A DNA stretch of 44,874 nt. It comes from an uncultured archaeon (GTDB taxonomy: Archaea > Iainarchaeota > Iainarchaeia > Iainarchaeales > JAAZKV01). Position 1 is the stretch's first letter. Each line of letters starts with the position of its first letter. Where the stretch lies: contig CAZPWC010000004.1 in NCBI GenBank assembly GCA_964590155.1, positions 9,379 to 54,252 on the forward strand. Reading direction: 5' to 3'. Shown piece by piece: positions 17,260-25,856 of this stretch. The notes under the pieces are model-generated. The model saw only the letters and a program-made list of their open reading frames with translations, was not told the DNA's origin and ran no database searches. The translations under genes and the position numbers were made by a program.

Positions 17260-18825
17260 TTAGCTCTTTCTAACAGTTATTTCTATTGCATCGCTTTTTT
17301 CTTTTATTAAATCAGCAGGATTTAGGGGATCATTGTATTCCCAACTTATAAAGCAAACAAATCGAGTTTCGTTAGTTTTTCCTGGGTTAACTTCTGCTAT
17401 TATTTTCTGTGAGTCTCCTGGCTTTATTGAATCTAGGCTTGGGGTTTCAATATTTACCCAATCACATTCAGTGTCAGGGCTTGTTGGGTCTATCATTATT
17501 TTTTTTATCGATTTTACTTCTTCAGTTCCAATATTTTTTAATGAACCTATTTCTGTTGAACTAATTTTAGTGCATAGGTCAGTATCCTTATCGCAATTTA
17601 GTGTTAGATTTTTCTTACTAAAAGTTAGTCCTACAGTTCTTTCTTTTGTTACTTTCAGATATATTGCAAAGTTCTGATCCGCTTCCATGCTTAGTGAACT
17701 TATTGTTAATATTCCGCTGAATTCAGTGTCTGCTTTTGTTTCAATGGTTGGTTGCAAATTTAATGGGATTGTTTCTTTTGATGCTGGATTTATTACATTG
17801 ATAGTGTATGTACTTTTTTCTCCAAGCGATTTTGAAAACTCAAACCAACTTACTTTATCCGCGTCTTCGTCATTAAGCGGGCTTATAGTTAAAGTAACAT
17901 TTTCTAACGGGACTTTTTTGTTTTTGTTTTCGATTGTTATTGTTAAAGCAATTCTTTTTCCTGCTTCAAGAGTTGTTTTTTCTATTTTGCTTGACCTTAT
18001 GTCTCCACTAAAAATAGTATCTTTAGTTGCTACGTAAGGCATTAGTATTATTTTGAAAGCATCCTTTATTGTAGTGTCTTTTATTGATATTGTTGGGTTT
18101 AATGTTTTTTGTTCAAGAACAGGGCTTTTTTGTTTTACACTAAACATTATGCTTGTTGCGCCTCCTGCTGAAACACTAAATTTATCAGGGGTAAGCGTTA
18201 TGTCAAGTCCTGTCGCGTCTTTGATAATTAGTGGTTCGTCTTGAAGAATTTCTCCGCTAGTGTTTGTTATTACTATTATTCCGTTAAGTTCTTGTTTTGG
18301 AAATAGTTTTTCATAATCAAATTGTACATCTAGTTCGGCTGTTAACTTTTTCTCCATTTTTATTGGTAGGTCGCTTATTCTTTCTCCGCCTTCTTCGTTA
18401 GGGATTTGTAAACTTAGTGTTTCGGTTTTATAATTTTCCGCAATTACCCTGACTGTGTATGTTCCTGATTGTAGTGCTACAGTGTGCGAGCTTCCATTTT
18501 GTGAGTATACTGGCTTGTTGTCGCTTGAAATGATTGTTACTTTTGCAGTGCCAATAGAGGCCGTATCAATTCCGCTTACTGTAATATTCATTGTTTGGTT
18601 TTGCCCAAGCCACCAAACTATTCCACCAATTATTGCTAGAACTATTATCCCGATTACTACTAAAGGGATTATTTTTTTTGCAGTATTTTTTCCTGTATCA
18701 GCAGCTACTCCTGCGTAATAAGCGGCGCTAGAAGCAGCATTTCCTGCCATGTCAGCCATAGTGGGCTCTTGGGACTCAGGATTAGATCCTCCAGGATAAT
18801 AATTTTCGTCTTTTTCGAACATCAA
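17260..18825 (-). CDS. membrane-anchored cell-surface protein with PEGA/CARDB-like beta-sandwich repeats
   Basis: Short cytoplasmic N-terminus and one TM helix (IIPLVVIGIIVLAIIGGIVWWL). These are followed by Thr/Ser/Ile-rich beta-type repeats (e.g. HTVALQSGTYTVRVIAENYKTETLSLQI). Confidence 0.6.
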   Translation of the reverse strand: MMFEKDENYYPGGSNPESQEPTMADMAGNAASSAAYYAGVAADTGKNTAKKIIPLVVIGIIVLAIIGGIVWWLGQNQTMNITVSGIDTASIGTAKVTIISSDNKPVYSQNGSSHTVALQSGTYTVRVIAENYKTETLSLQIPNEEGGERISDLPIKMEKKLTAELDVQFDYEKLFPKQELNGIIVITNTSGEILQDEPLIIKDATGLDITLTPDKFSVSAGGATSIMFSVKQKSPVLEQKTLNPTISIKDTTIKDAFKIILMPYVATKDTIFSGDIRSSKIEKTTLEAGKRIALTITIENKNKKVPLENVTLTISPLNDEDADKVSWFEFSKSLGEKSTYTINVINPASKETIPLNLQPTIETKADTEFSGILTISSLSMEADQNFAIYLKVTKERTVGLTFSKKNLTLNCDKDTDLCTKISSTEIGSLKNIGTEEVKSIKKIMIDPTSPDTECDWVNIETPSLDSIKPGDSQKIIAEVNPGKTNETRFVCFISWEYNDPLNPADLIKEKSDAIEITVRKS

Positions 18826-18943
18826 TTACAACTCTTTTTCCAGAGTATTAAGTATTTTTACTATTATAAATCTTTTCTTTTGGCGGGCTTTTGCCTATTT
18901 TGCCTCTTCTTTTTGCAAAGAATTAAATTAGGGGTATGTAGTT

Positions 18944-19369
18944 ATGGTTAGTATGAAGATGGCTTTTATTGGTTGGAAAGATAACGAGATAAGTATATTC
19001 AAAGAGCTGGCTGCTTCGCTTTCCAAGAGAATTTCTGGTTTAGAATTAGAGGAAAGATTTGTTCCTTTTTTAGAGGATCTTCCACTAGTGGCTAATGAGT
19101 GCGCAAAGGAGTGCGATTTTGTTTTTGTTTTTGCACTGGTTGATGATATTGAGGATGCGCGGTTTGTTAAGCAAAAATTAGTTGATGTTGAATTGTCAAC
19201 AGGTACAAGAATATTAAAAGCTATTACTGATGATGCAATTTCTGGGATGGATGAGAACGATTATGTTGAGGCTAGGGCTGAACTGGTCAAGGGGTATTCT
19301 GACACAATAGTTAATATTTTATTTAATGAAAGAGAGTTTGAGCCAAAAGACGTTGATTTTGGGTTATGA
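18944..19369 (+). CDS. small protein resembling archaeal riboflavin synthase/lumazine-synthase fold (degenerate)
   Basis: VPFLEDLPLVANECAKECDFVFVFALVD aligns by eye with [28 protein letters not shown] of archaeal RibC. The N-terminal substrate-binding motif is absent. Confidence 0.35.
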   Translation: MVSMKMAFIGWKDNEISIFKELAASLSKRISGLELEERFVPFLEDLPLVANECAKECDFVFVFALVDDIEDARFVKQKLVDVELSTGTRILKAITDDAISGMDENDYVEARAELVKGYSDTIVNILFNEREFEPKDVDFGL

Positions 19370-19421
19370 TTTTTTAGAAACTAATCCCTTACTTCAAATA
19401 AGAAGTAGCTGTCTTGTTTGT

Positions 19422-20468
19422 TCATTGGTTTTTTTCCAAGAGCTTTTTTAAGTGAGTTATTTCTTTTTCCTGTTCAGAAATTAATTTATTTAAATTAATA
19501 TTGGAAACAGTTTTTTCCTCAAGTTCTCTTTTTAAGTCATTTATTTGTTTTAAGTATTTTTCTCTGATTTTTTCTTCGATTTCAGCTTTTTTCTTTTCAA
19601 GCTCAAGTAATTGGTGAGTATAACTGTTCCTTATTGACATTGTTTCGTGTTCTACTTCAAGAGCAATATTTTTTGCAAAATCTCTTTCTTGCTTTAGTTC
19701 TTTTATAAGTTCAAGGGCTTTTCTTGAAAAGTGTTCGTGTTGTGATTCTATTTTGTCAACTTCTTGTTTTAGTTGTGAAAAACTTCCTTCCACATATTGT
19801 ATTTGGGCAAAGTGTCCTTTGAGTGTTTTTGTTGCTTCGCTTACTGATTCTGAAAGTTTTTTTTCTGAATCAAATAATTCTCTTTCTATTTCCGCAATAC
19901 TTTTTTCAGGAAGGTTACCGAAAAAGTTTTTCCTTTTGAGTTCGAAATGTTTTTCTTTTACCGACTTTAATTCGTTTTCTTTTTGTTCAAGCATTTCAAT
20001 AAGCGCACGGGCAGTGCTTCCTTTTTTTACAAAAGTGTTTTGTTTTGCAAGCAAAAAGGTCTTTGCTCTTTCAATAGAGTGTCTTATTTTTAGTGATAGT
20101 GCAATCAATTTTTGTTGCATTGAGGAATATAGTTCAGGAACTTCAAGCTTTTCTGTTTGATTTACAAGAGTGTCCCTGATTTTTTTTGATTTCTCCATTT
20201 TTATGTTTGATTCAAGTACCGTCATTTCTCTGGAAAGTTCGCTTAAAATATCCTCAAATGTGGGCGAATTTCTTTCAAGAAGCATTTTGAATTCGCGATT
20301 TGCTTCTTCCAAATCAAGAAATATCTCTTTTAATTTGTGCGAGGCGCGCTCTAACTCAAAAACAAATCCTTCGCGACTTATTTTTGCCCAGTCATTTCTG
20401 TTTACTGTATCATGCAAAGAATTAACATTTGTTATGATTTCCTCTATTCTTTCTTCGAGCTTTGACAT
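19422..20468 (-). CDS. long coiled-coil protein (hypothetical)
   Basis: 348 aa, E/K/L-rich with heptad-like periodicity throughout. No enzymatic motif. Confidence 0.6.
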   Translation of the reverse strand: MSKLEERIEEIITNVNSLHDTVNRNDWAKISREGFVFELERASHKLKEIFLDLEEANREFKMLLERNSPTFEDILSELSREMTVLESNIKMEKSKKIRDTLVNQTEKLEVPELYSSMQQKLIALSLKIRHSIERAKTFLLAKQNTFVKKGSTARALIEMLEQKENELKSVKEKHFELKRKNFFGNLPEKSIAEIERELFDSEKKLSESVSEATKTLKGHFAQIQYVEGSFSQLKQEVDKIESQHEHFSRKALELIKELKQERDFAKNIALEVEHETMSIRNSYTHQLLELEKKKAEIEEKIREKYLKQINDLKRELEEKTVSNINLNKLISEQEKEITHLKKLLEKNQ

Positions 20469-20600
20469 GTCAAAATAGTGTTTTTTCTGATTTAAATAGC
20501 TTATTGATATTCACGTTTTGGTTTTTGCTGTTGTTTTTATGGTTGTTTTTGCTGTTATTTTTGCGGTACTTAGTTCACTTTTTATTCTCTTTTAGCGTTT

Positions 20601-21587
20601 ATGTTATTTATGTTTGAGCATAAAGGGGGGTTGGTTTTTAAGGATTTGATTATTGACCCTCATCGTTCGCCAAAACAAGACAAAGTGATTTTTACTCATG
20701 CTCATTCGGATCATGTAAAACTAAACGCTAAATCAAATTTTTTTTCTACTCCTGAAACAAGAGCGCTGATAAAGAATAGGTTTAGTAAGAGTGATAAACA
20801 CAAATTTGAAGAAATTCCTTTCGGTTCAAAGAAACAATTTAATGGTTGTGAAGTTGTTTTGCGTCCTAATGGGCATATTCTTGGTTCCGCTCAAGCTGAA
20901 ATTATTTCTGATGGAACAACTAATGCAGTTACTTCCGATTTTCGCTTAAAAGATTCTTTATTTTTTAAAGGAGCTGAACCGATAAAGGCCGACACACTTG
21001 TTGTTGAAACTACTTTTGGCGACCCCAAATATGTTTTTCCTAATCAGGACGATGTTGTTTCTGAAATGGTTTCTTGGATTGAAGCTAGTGCAAAAAGTGG
21101 TTTGGTTGTACTGGGGGGTTATTCTTTGGGCAAAGCACAAGAACTAACTTACATAGCTAATCAAGCGGGGTTTACTCCTCTTGTTCATGAAAAAATATTT
21201 GAATTAAATAAAATATATAATCAATTTGGGACAAATGTTGGAAAGTATGAAAAACTTGATCATAATTTAAAAGATTTTAGTGTTTTGATTATGCCTCCTC
21301 AACTTGTTGATAGGCACTTGATGGCTGTTTTGGATAATTTTGACAAGAGAAAAGTTTTTAGTGCGATGGCTACGGGTTGGGAATTTCGCGGAATGTTTAA
21401 CAAAACTTTTCCTTTAAGTAATCACGCTGATTTTAATGACTTGGTTGAATATGTAAAACTTTCTGATCCGAAGTTGGTTTTAACCGATCATGGTTTTTGT
21501 GAGAGTTTTGCAAGAAAATTGAATAGATTAGGTTTTAACGCAAAACCATTACAGCAACATAATCAGCGGATTTTGGGGGAATATTAG
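20601..21587 (+). CDS. metallo-beta-lactamase-fold nuclease (beta-CASP-related, similar to DNA-ligase-associated exonucleases)
   Basis: The THAHSDH motif lies near the N-terminus (VIFTHAHSDHVKL). The length of about 330 aa and a C-terminal HADF...TDHG motif are as in short COG1236-type proteins. Confidence 0.65.
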   Translation: MLFMFEHKGGLVFKDLIIDPHRSPKQDKVIFTHAHSDHVKLNAKSNFFSTPETRALIKNRFSKSDKHKFEEIPFGSKKQFNGCEVVLRPNGHILGSAQAEIISDGTTNAVTSDFRLKDSLFFKGAEPIKADTLVVETTFGDPKYVFPNQDDVVSEMVSWIEASAKSGLVVLGGYSLGKAQELTYIANQAGFTPLVHEKIFELNKIYNQFGTNVGKYEKLDHNLKDFSVLIMPPQLVDRHLMAVLDNFDKRKVFSAMATGWEFRGMFNKTFPLSNHADFNDLVEYVKLSDPKLVLTDHGFCESFARKLNRLGFNAKPLQQHNQRILGEY

Positions 21588-21670
21588 TTCAAGGCCCTTG
21601 CGGAGCAAGGGTCTCCCATATTGGCAGTGGGCTGCCACAACATAATCAAAGGATTTTGGGGGAGTACTAA
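21555..21670 (+). repeat. 33-nt direct duplication of the 3' coding end of the MBL-fold gene (copies at 21555-21587 and 21638-21670) flanking two GC-rich hairpins
   Basis: 28 of 33 positions are identical. Both copies encode Q-H-N-Q-R-I-L-G-E-Y-stop. Hairpins at 21593-21613 and 21622-21637. Confidence 0.85.
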
Positions 21671-21745
21671 TTTGCCAAAATTTTCCTTTAAAAAACCTTT
21701 TTAGTATTATTTTTATTATTGTTTTGTGTTTATTTTTGTGATTTT

Positions 21746-22045
21746 ATGGCCAAAGTTGAAGTTACTAAGGATTTAATAAAAAAAGTTGCTGAAAATGCAA
21801 GGCTTAAACTTACTGAAGAAGAGCTGAAAAAGTTTGTTCCCCAAATAAAAGAAGTTATTGTTGATTCTTTTAGTAAGTTGGACGAGATTGATGCGACTGA
21901 AGAGCCTAGTTTTCAGCCCCTTCCTTTGAGTAATAAATTTAGAAAAGATGAGCCGAAGGGTTCAGTGAGTCAAGAGAGTGCTCTTGAAAATGTTTCTCCT
22001 AAGTTAAAAGAAAATGGTTACATTAAGGGGCCGAAGGCATTGTAA
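21746..22045 (+). CDS. gatC: aspartyl/glutamyl-tRNA amidotransferase subunit C
   Basis: MAKVEVTKDLIKKVAENARLKLTEEELKKF...FRKDEP matches the GatC pattern. It lies upstream of gatA-gatB. Confidence 0.85.
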   Translation: MAKVEVTKDLIKKVAENARLKLTEEELKKFVPQIKEVIVDSFSKLDEIDATEEPSFQPLPLSNKFRKDEPKGSVSQESALENVSPKLKENGYIKGPKAL

Positions 22046-22115
22046 TTGAAAATAGTTTTTTCATTGATTTTTTTTGGTTTGTTTTGATTGGTTTTATTTT
22101 TTTGAGTTGATTGTT

Positions 22116-23525
22116 GTGAAAAAAGAAGAAACTGTGAAGTTTTTTGTTGAGCAGGCAAGAAATAATTTTTCGCTTGTCGAAGAAAATTTGCATAAAATTA
22201 TTGAAGAAGTTAAAGAGACACAAAAAAAAGAGCTAAATTATTTTGAAACCTTTGATGAAGAGTTTGTTTTAAAACAACTTGAAGAGTTAAAAGAAAAATC
22301 AAAAAGCAAAGATTTTGTGAAAGGAAAATTGTTTGGTGTTCCTGTTTCTGTTAAAGATGCTATTTGTGTTAAAGGGCTTGAAAGTAAAGCTGGTTCAAAG
22401 ATACTCGAAGGGTATGTTCCTTTGTTTGATGCTACTGTGATTGAGAGTGTTAAGCGCGAAGGAGCAATAATTTTAGGGAAAACAACGCAGGATGAATTTG
22501 GTTTTGGGACATTTAGCACTAATACTGAAAAAATCCCGCTAAACCCTTTTGATAATTCGCGTTCTTGCGGTGGCTCAAGCGGTGGCGGTTCTGGTTTCGC
22601 AGCGTATACAAAAAATTATCACTTAAGTATTGGAGAAAGTACTGGCGGAAGTATCGCTTGTCCTGCAAGTTTTTGCGGAGTTAATGGTTTTACTCCTACT
22701 TATGGTTTGGTTTCCAGATATGGTTTGATTGATTATGCAAATAGTTTGGACAAAATTGGTTCAATTGCAAGAAATTTTGAGGACTCTGCTTTGTTGCTTG
22801 AAGTTATTTCAGGGAATGATGTGAAAGATTCAACTAACTTGGGGCACAAATTTTCTGTTGGTGAAGAGCCAATGAAAAGAATTGGAGTCATAAAAGAACT
22901 AATTGATTCTTCAGATCCTGAAGTAAAAAAAATCATTCAAGACAAAATTGTGGAATTAAAAAAGTTTTTTGTTGTTGAAGAGGTTTCTTTGCCCCTGAAT
23001 TTTAAATATGCATTGTCAGTTTATTATATTATTGCGACTTGCGAGGCTTCAACAAATCTTGCAAAATTGTGCGGTTTGCGTTATGGTGTGCAAGGTAGTG
23101 TTGAAGGGAAACACTTTGATGATTACTTTTCAGAAATAAGAAGTGAAGAGTTTTCTGCAGAATCAAAAAGAAGAATAATTTTGGGGACATTTGCCAGAAT
23201 GTCTGGTTATCGTGATGCGTATTATCTCAAAGCGATGCGCGTTCGTACAAAATTAATTAATGAGTTTAATTCTGCTTTCAAGAAATTTGATATTCTAATT
23301 AGCCCAACAATGCCTGTTGTTTCTCCAAGGTTTGATGAAATAGAAAAGCTCACTCCGCTCCAAAATTATTCGATGGATTTGTGCACTATTCCTGTTAATT
23401 TAGCCGGGTTGCCTCATGTTAATATTAATGCGGGTTTTTCAAGAGGGCTTCCTGTTGGCTTAATGGCAATTGCTCCTCACTTGAAAGAACAAAGACTTTA
23501 CTCATTTGCAAAGGTGGTTGAATGA
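22116..23525 (+). CDS. gatA: aspartyl/glutamyl-tRNA amidotransferase subunit A
   Basis: Amidase signature GGSSGGGSGFAA and VSVKDAICVKG. The start is uncertain: GTG 22116, TTG 22107, or the track TTG 22074. Confidence 0.9.
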   Translation: MKKEETVKFFVEQARNNFSLVEENLHKIIEEVKETQKKELNYFETFDEEFVLKQLEELKEKSKSKDFVKGKLFGVPVSVKDAICVKGLESKAGSKILEGYVPLFDATVIESVKREGAIILGKTTQDEFGFGTFSTNTEKIPLNPFDNSRSCGGSSGGGSGFAAYTKNYHLSIGESTGGSIACPASFCGVNGFTPTYGLVSRYGLIDYANSLDKIGSIARNFEDSALLLEVISGNDVKDSTNLGHKFSVGEEPMKRIGVIKELIDSSDPEVKKIIQDKIVELKKFFVVEEVSLPLNFKYALSVYYIIATCEASTNLAKLCGLRYGVQGSVEGKHFDDYFSEIRSEEFSAESKRRIILGTFARMSGYRDAYYLKAMRVRTKLINEFNSAFKKFDILISPTMPVVSPRFDEIEKLTPLQNYSMDLCTIPVNLAGLPHVNINAGFSRGLPVGLMAIAPHLKEQRLYSFAKVVE

Positions 23526-24937
23526 GCGAAACAAATCTTGATAAAGTAATGATTGGATTAGAAATTCACGCTTATCTTGATACTAAAAGTAAATTGTTTT
23601 GTTCTTGTTCGACTAGTGATGAGACTGCTGAGCCAAATTCTTTGTGTTGTAATATTTGTCTGGGTCATCCTGGGAGTAAACCTGTTCTTAACGAAAAAGC
23701 GGTTGAGCTTGCGGTGAAAATTGGTTTGGCTCTTAATTGTACTATTAACAAAGATTTTTTCTTTTCAAGAAAAACTTATTTTTATCCAGATATGAGCATG
23801 AATTATCAAATTACTCAATATGAAGTGCCTGTTGCAGAAAAAGGTTTTGTGATTCTTTCAAGTGGAAAAAAGGTTCGGATAAAAAGAGCGCACATTGAGT
23901 GGGATCCTGCTGCTTTAGTTCATCCTAATGGGATGGGCAAAAGTCAATATGTTTTAATTGATTATAATCGTTCAGGCTTTCCGCTAGTAGAAATTGTTAC
24001 TCAACCTGATTTAGAAAGTCCGCGGGAAGCAAGAGAATTTCTCAACTTGTTGGAAAATATTTTAGGTTACCTAAATGTGTTAAAACCAAACACAACAATG
24101 AAATCTGATTGTAATATTTCTATTCATGGAGGGAACAGAGCTGAAATAAAAAATGTTTCTGGTTTTGCGGCTGCAGAGAAAGCTCTAACTTATGAACTTG
24201 CTAGGCAAAAAAAAGAGGTTGATTCTGGAAAAATAATTGAACAGCACACTAGGGCATTTAATGCTGATACTGGGGTAACAACCATGTTAAGAAAAAAAGA
24301 AACAGAAGACGATTATGGTTACATTTTTGACCCAGACCTTGTCAAAGTAAGTTTAGAAGAACAATACATTTCAAAGATAAAAAAAGAATTGCCTGAATTG
24401 CCCGAGGCTAAGTCAAAGAGATACCAAGTAGAGTACAAGCTACCTGAATTTGATGCGGTTGTTTTGTGCGGAAATTTTGGTTTAACAAAACTATTTGAAG
24501 AAATGGTAAAGCAGTCAGCCGACTCTATTATTTCAGCAAGGTTACTTACACGAGAATTGCTTGCCGTATTAAATCATGATTCTTTGCAACTTGGCGACGT
24601 TAAAGTTTCTGCCGGAGCTTTAGTTGAGCTGGTTGATTTGATAAAAATAGGAAAAGTTTCTGACAAAAACGCAAAGCAATCAATAATTAATTATGTAAGC
24701 GGGGACAAAACAATGCCGGTTGGGTATTTGAAAAAAAATGACTTGTTAATTTCTTCAGATATTAATCTTGAAGAAATTGTTTCAAAAGTTGTTGCTGAAA
24801 ATCAGAAGGCTGTTGCCGATTACAAATCAGGGAATGAGAAGTCATTAAATTTCTTGGCAGGCCTTGTGATGCGACAGACAAAGGGTACTGCTGCTCCACA
24901 AAAAGTTCAGGAAATGCTTAGGCAAAAACTTTCGTAA
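23522..24937 (+). CDS. gatB: aspartyl/glutamyl-tRNA amidotransferase subunit B
   Basis: IGLEIHAYLDTKSKLFC, NRSGFPLVEIVT, and a C-terminal YqeY-like tail. ATGA overlap with gatA. Confidence 0.95.
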   Translation: MSETNLDKVMIGLEIHAYLDTKSKLFCSCSTSDETAEPNSLCCNICLGHPGSKPVLNEKAVELAVKIGLALNCTINKDFFFSRKTYFYPDMSMNYQITQYEVPVAEKGFVILSSGKKVRIKRAHIEWDPAALVHPNGMGKSQYVLIDYNRSGFPLVEIVTQPDLESPREAREFLNLLENILGYLNVLKPNTTMKSDCNISIHGGNRAEIKNVSGFAAAEKALTYELARQKKEVDSGKIIEQHTRAFNADTGVTTMLRKKETEDDYGYIFDPDLVKVSLEEQYISKIKKELPELPEAKSKRYQVEYKLPEFDAVVLCGNFGLTKLFEEMVKQSADSIISARLLTRELLAVLNHDSLQLGDVKVSAGALVELVDLIKIGKVSDKNAKQSIINYVSGDKTMPVGYLKKNDLLISSDINLEEIVSKVVAENQKAVADYKSGNEKSLNFLAGLVMRQTKGTAAPQKVQEMLRQKLS

Positions 24938-24945
24938 TTTTTTTT
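24938..24945 (+). terminator. oligo-T tract (T8) immediately after the gatB stop
   Basis: TAA at 24935-24937 is followed by TTTTTTTT. Archaeal RNA polymerase terminates at such tracts. Confidence 0.4.
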
Positions 24946-24961
24946 ATCTAGTTCGTTTAAT

Positions 24962-25381
24962 TTGATTTGTTTTTTTGGTGGTTTGTTGTTAAAGGAAATT
25001 GCATTAAAAACTTCAAAAAGATGCGAACTAAAAGACATAACGCAAAATGTTGGACGACTTTTGGTTGGTAGCGGAGTGAAAGACGGTTTGTGCGTTATTT
25101 ATTGCCCCCACACAACCGCGGGGTTATTGATTAATGAGAACGCTGACCCTGATGTAAAAACTGATTTATTAAATGCGCTTGAGGCGCTGGTTCCTGCTCT
25201 AAAGTTTAAGCATTCGGAAGGGAATTCGGACGCGCATCTAAAATCGTCTCTTGTCGGAAAGTCATTAACTTTAATTGTGCGTGATGGAAAGCTTGTTTTA
25301 GGTACTTGGGATGCGATTTATTTTGCTGAATTTGACGGTCCAAGAAACAGAAAAGTGTTAATAAAAGTTATTGAGGCTTAG
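24962..25381 (+). CDS. yjbQ: YjbQ/UPF0047 family protein (secondary thiamine-phosphate synthase-like)
   Basis: DITQNV...GLCVIYCPHTTAGLLINENADPDV...NSDAHLKSSLVG...GTWDAIYFAEFDGPR. The start codon is uncertain (track TTG). Confidence 0.8.
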   Translation: MICFFGGLLLKEIALKTSKRCELKDITQNVGRLLVGSGVKDGLCVIYCPHTTAGLLINENADPDVKTDLLNALEALVPALKFKHSEGNSDAHLKSSLVGKSLTLIVRDGKLVLGTWDAIYFAEFDGPRNRKVLIKVIEA

Positions 25382-25511
25382 TAACTTCTTTTTTTAAGGT
25401 ACAACTTTGTTTTTAGGGTTTTCCTCTTCGTACCAAAATCGCTTTATAATATACAAACCAATTGTTAGTTATCCTATCATCTATCCTCCTTTGTAGCGGA
25501 AAATTAGATTT

Positions 25512-25534
25512 ATTAAGGGGTTTACCCCCTTAAT
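25512..25534. promoter_or_regulatory. perfect 9-bp inverted repeat ATTAAGGGG-N5-CCCCTTAAT, 17 nt upstream of the ATG at 25551
   Basis: Read directly from the sequence. It sits just before the Shine-Dalgarno-like AAAGGTGG of the membrane-protein/wHTH gene pair. Confidence 0.55.
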
Positions 25535-25550
25535 TACAAAGGTGGTAATC

Positions 25551-25856
25551 ATGTCTGTTCCATGGGAATTTTTAAGAGAACCAATGAATTTGGTTAGCGG
25601 CTTTTCAATGCCAATTAATGTGCTTTTTTTTATTGTAGCATTTTTTTTGTTTGCTATATCTTTCCTTGCTTGGAGGAAAAAACCTTCACAAAAACTTTTA
25701 TTGGTTGCCAGCGCATTTGGGATCTTTTTCTTAAAATCAGTATTAATGGTTCTTGATTATTTCCTTTCGCCAGGATATTTCATGAATTATGCGGTTCAGG
25801 GCTTTTTTGATTTAGTAATTTTAGGTTTGCTGTTTATTGCAATCTTTAGAAAATAA
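25551..25856 (+). CDS. small membrane protein with three TM helices
   Basis: The ATG at 25551 is preceded by AGGTGG. Three hydrophobic segments. It overlaps or abuts the wHTH gene. Confidence 0.6.
   Translation: MSVPWEFLREPMNLVSGFSMPINVLFFIVAFFLFAISFLAWRKKPSQKLLLVASAFGIFFLKSVLMVLDYFLSPGYFMNYAVQGFFDLVILGLLFIAIFRK

Noticed and set aside
21585-21720. Stop-codon read-through of the TAG at 21585 into the duplicated coding segment
   Set aside because: The second copy is offset by 83 nt, which is not a multiple of 3. Read-through would therefore translate it in a different frame (…HNIIKGFWGSTN…), so the duplication cannot be an in-frame extension.
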